Origin: Macrostomum hystrix
Lineage: Eukaryota; Animalia; Platyhelminthes
NCBI GenBank assembly: GCA_950097015.1
Contig: CATNEN010000025.1
Coordinates: 5,580,001-5,644,000, forward strand
Length of the DNA stretch: 64,000 bases
Direction: 5' to 3'
Within the stretch, counting starts at the first letter, position 1, and every line of letters begins with the position of its first letter. Below the pieces are notes generated by a model. That model searched no databases. It saw nothing but the letters and a program-made list of their open reading frames with translations, and had not been told where the DNA came from. Below are positions 57,646 through 64,000 of the stretch, piece by piece. The position numbers and the translations under genes are program-made.

Positions 57646-58029
57646 GTCTGAGTGTAACTATGCGGTAAAGTATTACTCATATATCAGTAGTGTCTATAGT
57701 TTCTTGTTAAACGCTAACCAGCTGCATTACCTATGGTTATACATTCGTTCTGTATTTTCATGTGTTAATTGATAACCGCTGGACCTGTGTAACATGGGCT
57801 GATTTTATCTGAATATCTTGGTGAAAAGCGATACGTTTTATTCAAATATTTTCGACATTTTCATTAGGCTCCGCTTTAAAGTTAAAAATATATCGACAAT
57901 GTAGTTTCTAAACTACAGATGAATGATTTTTCAATGAAATTCTATTGCTTTTTACAGACTTGAAAATTAAATTTTCATTTCAAAACCCTGGTTTTTTCTG
58001 CATTTAGAAATATGGAATGCGGATATAGA

Positions 58030-58530
58030 ATTCTTAATGCGGATCCTGCTGCGATTATTAATGCGGATCCTGCTGCGATTCTTAATGCGGATCCTGCTGC
58101 GATTCTTAATGCGGATCCTGCTGCGATTCTTAATGCGGATCCTGCTGCGATTATTAATGCGGATCCTGCTGCGATTATTAATGCGGATCCTGCTGCGATT
58201 CTTAATGCGGATCCTGCTGCGATTCTTAATGCGGATCGTGTTGTGATTCCTAATGCGGATCCTGCTGCGATTATTAATGCGGATCCTGCTGCGATTATTA
58301 TTGCGGATCCTGCTGTGATTCCTAATGCGGATCCTGCTGCGATTCTTAGTGCGAATCCTGCTGTGATTCCTAATGCGGATCGTGCTGCGATTCCTAATGC
58401 GGATCCTGCTGCGATTCTTAATCCGCATCCTTCTGCGATTCTTAATGCGGATCCTGCTGTGATTCCTAATACGGATCCTGCTGCGATTCCTAATGCGGAT
58501 CCTGCTGTGATTATTAATGCGGATCCTGCC
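58030..58530. repeat. Minisatellite, 24-bp unit AATGCGGATCCTGCTGCGATTCTT
   Basis: Direct reading. Confidence 0.95.
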
Positions 58531-58634
58531 TGCGTGTCTGCGATTAATCCTAAAAGCCTATTCCTGATAACGCACAAACTATGTCTACTGCATGCTAGTA
58601 ACGAATGGGTATCAGCTTACAGACGGAGTGGATA

Positions 58635-60095
58635 ACAGCTGACAGACAGGAAGTGGATATCAGCTGACAGACAGGAAGTGGATATCAGCTGATAGAAAGG
58701 GAGTGGATAACATCTGACAGACAGGAAGTGGATATTAGCTGACAGACAGGAAGTGGATATCAGCTGACAGACAGGAAGTGGATATCAGCTGGCAGACAGG
58801 AAGTGGATATCAGCTGATAGAAAGGGAGTGGATAACATCTGACAGACAGGAAGTGGATATTAGCTGACAGACAGGAAGTGGATATCAGCTGACAGACAGG
58901 AAGTGGATATCAGCTGACAGACAGGAAGTGGATATCAGCTGACAGTCAGGAAGTGGATATCAGCTGATAGACAGGAAGTGGATATTAGCTGACAGACAGG
59001 AAGTAGATATCAGCTGACAGACAGGAAGTGGATATCAGCTGACAGACAGGAAGTGGATATCAGCTGGCAGACAGGAAGTGGATATCAGCTGACAGTCAGG
59101 AAGTGGATATCAGCTGATAGACAGGAAGTGGATATTAGCTGACAGACAGGAAGTAGATATCAGCTGACAGACAGGAAGTGGATATCAGCTGACAGACAGG
59201 AAGTGGATATCAGCTGATAGAAAGGAAGTGGATATCAGCTGACAGACAGGAAGTGGATATCAGCTGACAGACAGGAAGTGGATATCAGCTGACAGACAGG
59301 AAGTGGATATTAGCTGACAGACAGGAAGTGGATATCAGCTGGCAGACAGGAAGTGGATATCAGCTGACAGACAGGAAGTGGATATCAGCTGATAGACAGG
59401 AAGTGGATATCAGCTGACAGACAGGAAGTGGATATCAGCTGACAGACAGGAAGTGGATATCAGCTGACAGACAGGAAGTGGATATCAGCTGACAGACAGG
59501 AAGTGGATATTAGCTGACAGACAGGAAGTGGATATCAGCTGATAGAAAGGAAGTGGATATCAGCTGACAGACAGGAAGTGGATATCAGCTGACAGACAGG
59601 AAGTGGATATCAGCTGGCAGACAGGAAGTGGATATCAGCTGACAGACAGGAAGTGGATATCAGCTGACAGTCAGGAAGTGGATATCAGCTGATAGACAGG
59701 AAGTGGATATCAGCTGATAGACAGGAAGTGGATATCAGCTGATAGACAGGAAGTGGATATCAGCTGACAGACAGGAAGTGGATATCAGCTGATAGACAGG
59801 AAGTGGATATCAGCTGATAGACAGGAAGTGGATATCAGCTGACAGACAGGAAGTGGATATCAGCTGACAGTCAGGAAGTGGATATCAGCTGATAGACAGG
59901 AAGTGGATATCAGCTGATAGACAGGAAGTGGATATCAGCTGATAGACAGGAAGTGGATATCAGCTGACAGACAGGAAGTGGATATCAGCTGACAGACAGG
60001 AAGTGGATATCAGCTGATAGACAGGAAGTGGATATCAGCTGACAGACAGGAAGTGGATATCAGCTAACAGACGGGGGTGGATATCAGCTGATAGA
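58635..60095. repeat. Minisatellite, 25-bp unit CAGCTGACAGACAGGAAGTGGATAT (upstream of the amidase)
   Basis: ~58 copies, ending about 100 bp before the amidase ATG. Confidence 0.96.
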
Positions 60096-60199
60096 AAGGG
60101 AGCGGGTTTGTAACTCGCACATATTCTGGAATTCATGTCGCGTATGTTTAAGTCGCTTATCTCATACAGCTTGAACTCAATACATCAACAGTCACAGCC

Positions 60200-62609
60200 A
60201 TGAGCGCCGCTCGCTTTGCCCGCACCGCCTCCGCCTCGACGCGCCGCCGCCTGTCCTCCTTCTACAGCCGGCAGGCGGTGCGACAGCCGTCGCTGGCGGA
60301 GCTGCGCCGACTGTCGGACAAGTTCGGCTTCGGCGCAACTGACTCGGAGCTGGCCTCCTACCAGCAGCTTATCGGCGAGCTGTCCGCCTCGCTGACTTCA
60401 CTGGACAGAACGGAAAATCCGCTGACTGCCGCCTCCGGCTTGTCGTCAACGTTGCCACGGAGCTGCGGGTATCGGGCCAGAGCAAGTGACAATCCGGGCA
60501 ACGCCTGGTACTGGCGCTGCGACGTAGCCGACGCTTCAGCGCCGCGTGACGGCCTTCTGGCCGGCAAGACCCTGGCGTTGAAGGACAACCTGAGCCTGGC
60601 CGGCGTCCCGATGATGAACGGCTCCAAGCTGCTCGAGGGTTTCGTGCCAGTCCAGGACGCCACGGTGGTCAGCCGGATCCTCGGCGCCGGCGGCCGCATC
60701 GTCGGCAAGGCTGTCTGCGAGGATCTGTGCTTCAGGTACATTTTCAGATTGACCTTTGTTATTGTTAATAAGTCTGGGGTAGAACACGGGACCCTTTTAC
60801 GGGCCCTGCTGCCCCTCGTGTCAGCCAAAGCTCTTACGATACCTTTTTTTGAGTATTTAACAGTTGAAATACCAAGGCAGATTCCCAGACAATTTTTTGT
60901 GCTGCACCCGAACGGAGCCAACTTTTTGTTATGCATCCTTTAAGACGAGAATCAAGTCGCCAGCTCTTCAGACCGTCGAGATATTCAATCGTTCTGGTGT
61001 TTTCCCATAAGCGCTAGTGTATTTCATACACCCCTATACACGAATTTGCCTTCAAAATTAATCAGCATGTCACCCGAATGTGCCTGCGTCATCTCCGTCT
61101 TCGGTGGTCACCTACATTTGTCTAGACGGACTGCTGGACCTTCAAGGGCTACAACAGGTGCGACTAGGCCACTATGGACACCCTGACGCGAATTTCTCCA
61201 ATTTCACTGATCAAGCCAAAATATTAGGCTCAGCTCAACTACAGGACACCCTCGCCTAGTCTGTCAACCAATCAATTATCAATTTTTTGCTATTTTACTT
61301 TGAGTGTAGTTTTATTTTTCTTATGAAAATATGTATTTAATTTTTGAAACATTTAATTAAATTTAGGAGCATGCCAGAGCCCAACAGTGTCCTACTATGA
61401 GTAGCATAGAAAACTTAATATTGATTACATTGCGCCATGCGACCGAAAGATAAATTTATTTAGACTATTTTCACCCTACTGCAAGTAGTCTATTCTGTTC
61501 CCTAAAACTCCAGCGGCGCCAGCCACACCAGCTTCAAAGGAGCCGTGCCTAACCCGCACTCGGAGCTGCACTCGGCCGGCGGCTCGAGCTCCGGCTGCGG
61601 CTACCTGGTTGCCAGGGGGCTGGTTGATATGGCGATCGGCGGCGACCAGGGCGGCTCTATCCGCATTCCAAGCGCCTGGTGCGGCATCGTCGGACTGAAG
61701 CCGAGCTTCGGGCTGGTGCCGTACACTGGCGCGTTCTCCATGATGCGCGGCATCGACCACCTAGGCCCGATGACGCGCACCGTGACGGACGCGGCTCGGC
61801 TGTTGGAGGCGATCGCCGGCTGGGACGGCGGCCTCGACCCGCGGCAGCCGCGCGACATGCGCACGGAGAATTACACTGGCCTTCTAAAAGGTGACCTCGC
61901 TAAACATTCGTTCGGCGTCCTTCGAGAGGCCTTCCACGGCGTCGATGAGGAGGTCGACTCGGCCGTCTGGTCGCTGGCCAGCCGGCTGAAGAGCGCCGGC
62001 GCCCGCGTGTCGGAGGTTTCGGTGCCGCTGCACAAGCAGGTGGACGCGTTCTACCTGCCCTACCTGCTGCACGGCTTCCGGGCCACCTACCTGACTGACG
62101 GAGCCCTGCCAGTTGATGACGCCTACGTCAATCCCGACGCTGTCGATGCCATGTTCAAAGGCCGTCGCACCTTCGCGGCCGACAATCAGCACATTGTGAA
62201 GGTTGTGATGCTGATGTCCGAGTTTCTAGCCAACGGCTACGGCCTCAAACAGTTCAGCCAGGCCGCCGCGTGGATACGGGAACTGCGGCGTTGCTATGAC
62301 AACGCACTGACCGGCGTCGACGGTGTGGACTTCCTGCTGATGCCGACACTGCCAATGCGTCCGCCGCTTTTAATCGACCAATCGGTCAGCGTGACGGAGG
62401 TCTTTCATCACGGGCTCGGCATGATCGCCAACACCGCCGCCTTCAACGCCACCGGCCATCCGGCCATCACCATCAACTGTGGCCGGACCGGAGGCCAATA
62501 TCGACTGCCGATCGGCGCCATGCTGGTCGGACGACACTTTGAGGATGCCAAACTGTTGGATGCGGCATTCGGCGTCGAGCAACTGTGCGGTAGTTTTAAC
62601 AGCGCCTAA
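60200..62609 (+). CDS. Amidase-signature family amidase; exons 60200-60735, 61514-62609
   Basis: LKDN (catalytic Lys), GGSSSG and [25 protein letters not shown] (Ser-cisSer-Lys triad). The phase-2 intron rejoins CFSGASHT. Confidence 0.92.
60855..61274. mobile_element. Non-autonomous TIR element (MITE-like), copy 2, in the amidase intron
   Basis: Shares CAAGTCGCCAGCTCTTCAGACCGTCGAGATATTCAAT, CATCTCCGTCTTCGGTGGTCACCTAC and CTGCTGGACCTTCAAGGGCTACAACAGGTGC with 53217-53735. Confidence 0.6.
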
Positions 62610-63189
62610 TCGCATCGATTTGGAACCATTCAGTGATAACAATTAGATACTAAGTTAACGCTTTATTACTCGAAATTTTCCATCGATTGCTAACTTTACT
62701 ATTAGTTTATTTTTCAGTATTTTTGCTTTTTTAACCAACCGTTGCTTAACCAACGAGTTCTAATCAGGCAGTTTTTCGATTCGATAAATAAACTATACAA
62801 TCTTTTCTTATTGATGATCTCTTAGCAGAGTTAAATGGCCTAGTTTATCTCTCACTTTCGTAAACGCAGTACAGAATTTTCTTTGATGCGCATTCCACCA
62901 GTTTTCCGTGTCACCGTCAATCATTTGATGACAGCTGATGTCGCATGGGTCCAACTGTGACCTATGTTTGTTAGCTTCAACCGAATGAATAGGCCAGTCT
63001 GAAAAGTAGTTTAAGGAATCTTTGAGCCGAACTATTCGACCGAATTGTAATGCCGGCCTGGATTTTTTTGGTGTTTAACCTTCAGCATGCGCACTGCAGA
63101 TAAGAAATTAATCGTATTCAGTTTGTTGGTTCTGAGAAAAAAATAAACTGACAAAAATCGGCCCCAAACCGAAGCATTTCTTTAGAAAC

Positions 63190-64000
63190 ATGAAAGAGAA
63201 CACCGCCGTAGAAGCGACTTCGACGCAGCTTCGCGATGATTCATTTACGAGATTCCACGGATTGACCTGCCTGACCGGCTTCCTGTTGCTGGTGTTTGGC
63301 TCGCTAATCATACTGAGCGGAATGTTCCTGAATGTGCGACCATTCAACTGCACTGCGGCTGCTGGAGAGCCGAACAATACGGACTCTGAGCCTGAGCTTG
63401 CCTGGTCCGAGTACCAGGGCTTCCGCTCCTCGCTAAGCCTGCAGTACCGACTCTGCTGGCAGGCCACAGGAGACCTCACTAATGTCGCCTTCCTGATTGG
63501 CACCATCGTCGGCTCGCTGCTGGCCGGCCCGACCTCGGACACCGTCGGCCGCAAGCCCTGCATCCTGGCTGGCCTGATGTCCACCGCCCTGGCCAGCCTG
63601 CTTAGCAACTACGCGCCCAGCCTGGAGCTGCACCTGGCCAGCCGGGCACTGGCCGGCTTCTGCCTGATGTTCGCCCAGTGCGCAGTCCAGGTCTACGGCA
63701 GCGAGGTGCACAGCCCGCGCCACCGAAGTCGCTTCCTGGCCGCCTGGAGCTCCGGTGTCTCAGCTGGCACCCTGGCCTCCGGCGTGCTGGCCCACCTGAC
63801 CAGGGATCACCAGCTCTACGTGCTGCTCGCCTGCTGCCTGCCAGTCGGCCCGCTGCTCATGGCGCTCTGCCTGCCGGAAAGTCCGGCCTGGCTCGACGCT
63901 CGGGGCCGTCCGGCCGACGCCGAAGCCGCCAGGCGACGCATCGAAGTCATCAACGGCCGCGGCTCCAGTCAGCCGCCTCCACCGGCATCGTCGCCGTTCA
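63190..64000 (+). CDS. SLC22/MFS organic-ion transporter-like protein, 5' part; runs off the window
   Basis: The frame is open from ATG 63190 to the window end: MKENTAV...; TM1; luminal loop with NCT/NNT sequons; GSLLAGPTSDTVGRKP (MFS motif A); SEVHSPRHR; LPESPAWL. Confidence 0.85.
   Translation, partial: MKENTAVEATSTQLRDDSFTRFHGLTCLTGFLLLVFGSLIILSGMFLNVRPFNCTAAAGEPNNTDSEPELAWSEYQGFRSSLSLQYRLCWQATGDLTNVAFLIGTIVGSLLAGPTSDTVGRKPCILAGLMSTALASLLSNYAPSLELHLASRALAGFCLMFAQCAVQVYGSEVHSPRHRSRFLAAWSSGVSAGTLASGVLAHLTRDHQLYVLLACCLPVGPLLMALCLPESPAWLDARGRPADAEAARRRIEVINGRGSSQPPPPASSPF

Noticed and set aside
47680-58635. Repeat-encoded ORFs (FKSSTP, GGRFE, TPTSLL, SLTQP, NADPAAI)
   Set aside because: All coincide with tandem arrays; no domain content or splice support.

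Overview
Eukaryotic (metazoan) genomic DNA with GC-rich exons and AT-rich introns. Many introns and spacers hold a different minisatellite array. This architecture suggests a free-living flatworm such as Macrostomum, but that is inference only. Spliced genes reconstructed by hand: the 3' end of huntingtin (+), MMD/PAQR (+), MCU (-), EXT2 (+), a divergent beta-catenin-like gene (+), a FUN14/FUNDC gene (+), an amidase-signature amidase (+) and the start of an SLC22/MFS transporter (+). Mobile DNA: (1) an apparently intact, very young 8.7-kb Ty3/Gypsy element with 805-bp LTRs, CTAG target-site duplication, tRNA-Leu PBS, a gag-pol -1 frameshift site and an extra non-env third ORF; (2) a 5'-truncated RTE-clade LINE with a 13-bp TSD; (3) two tRNA-derived SINE families, one with a CORE-like domain and an invariant palindrome; (4) TIR-bearing MITE-like elements. 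About 21 tandem arrays are present. Best leads: the accessory ORF3 of the Gypsy element; a beta-catenin that keeps its TCF/cadherin-binding residues but has no visible N-terminal degron; and signs of spliced-leader trans-splicing, including a FUNDC gene whose start codon may come from the leader, across a same-strand EXT2 / beta-catenin / FUNDC / amidase / SLC22 cluster. All homologies were recognised from memory of family sequences; no database search was run.
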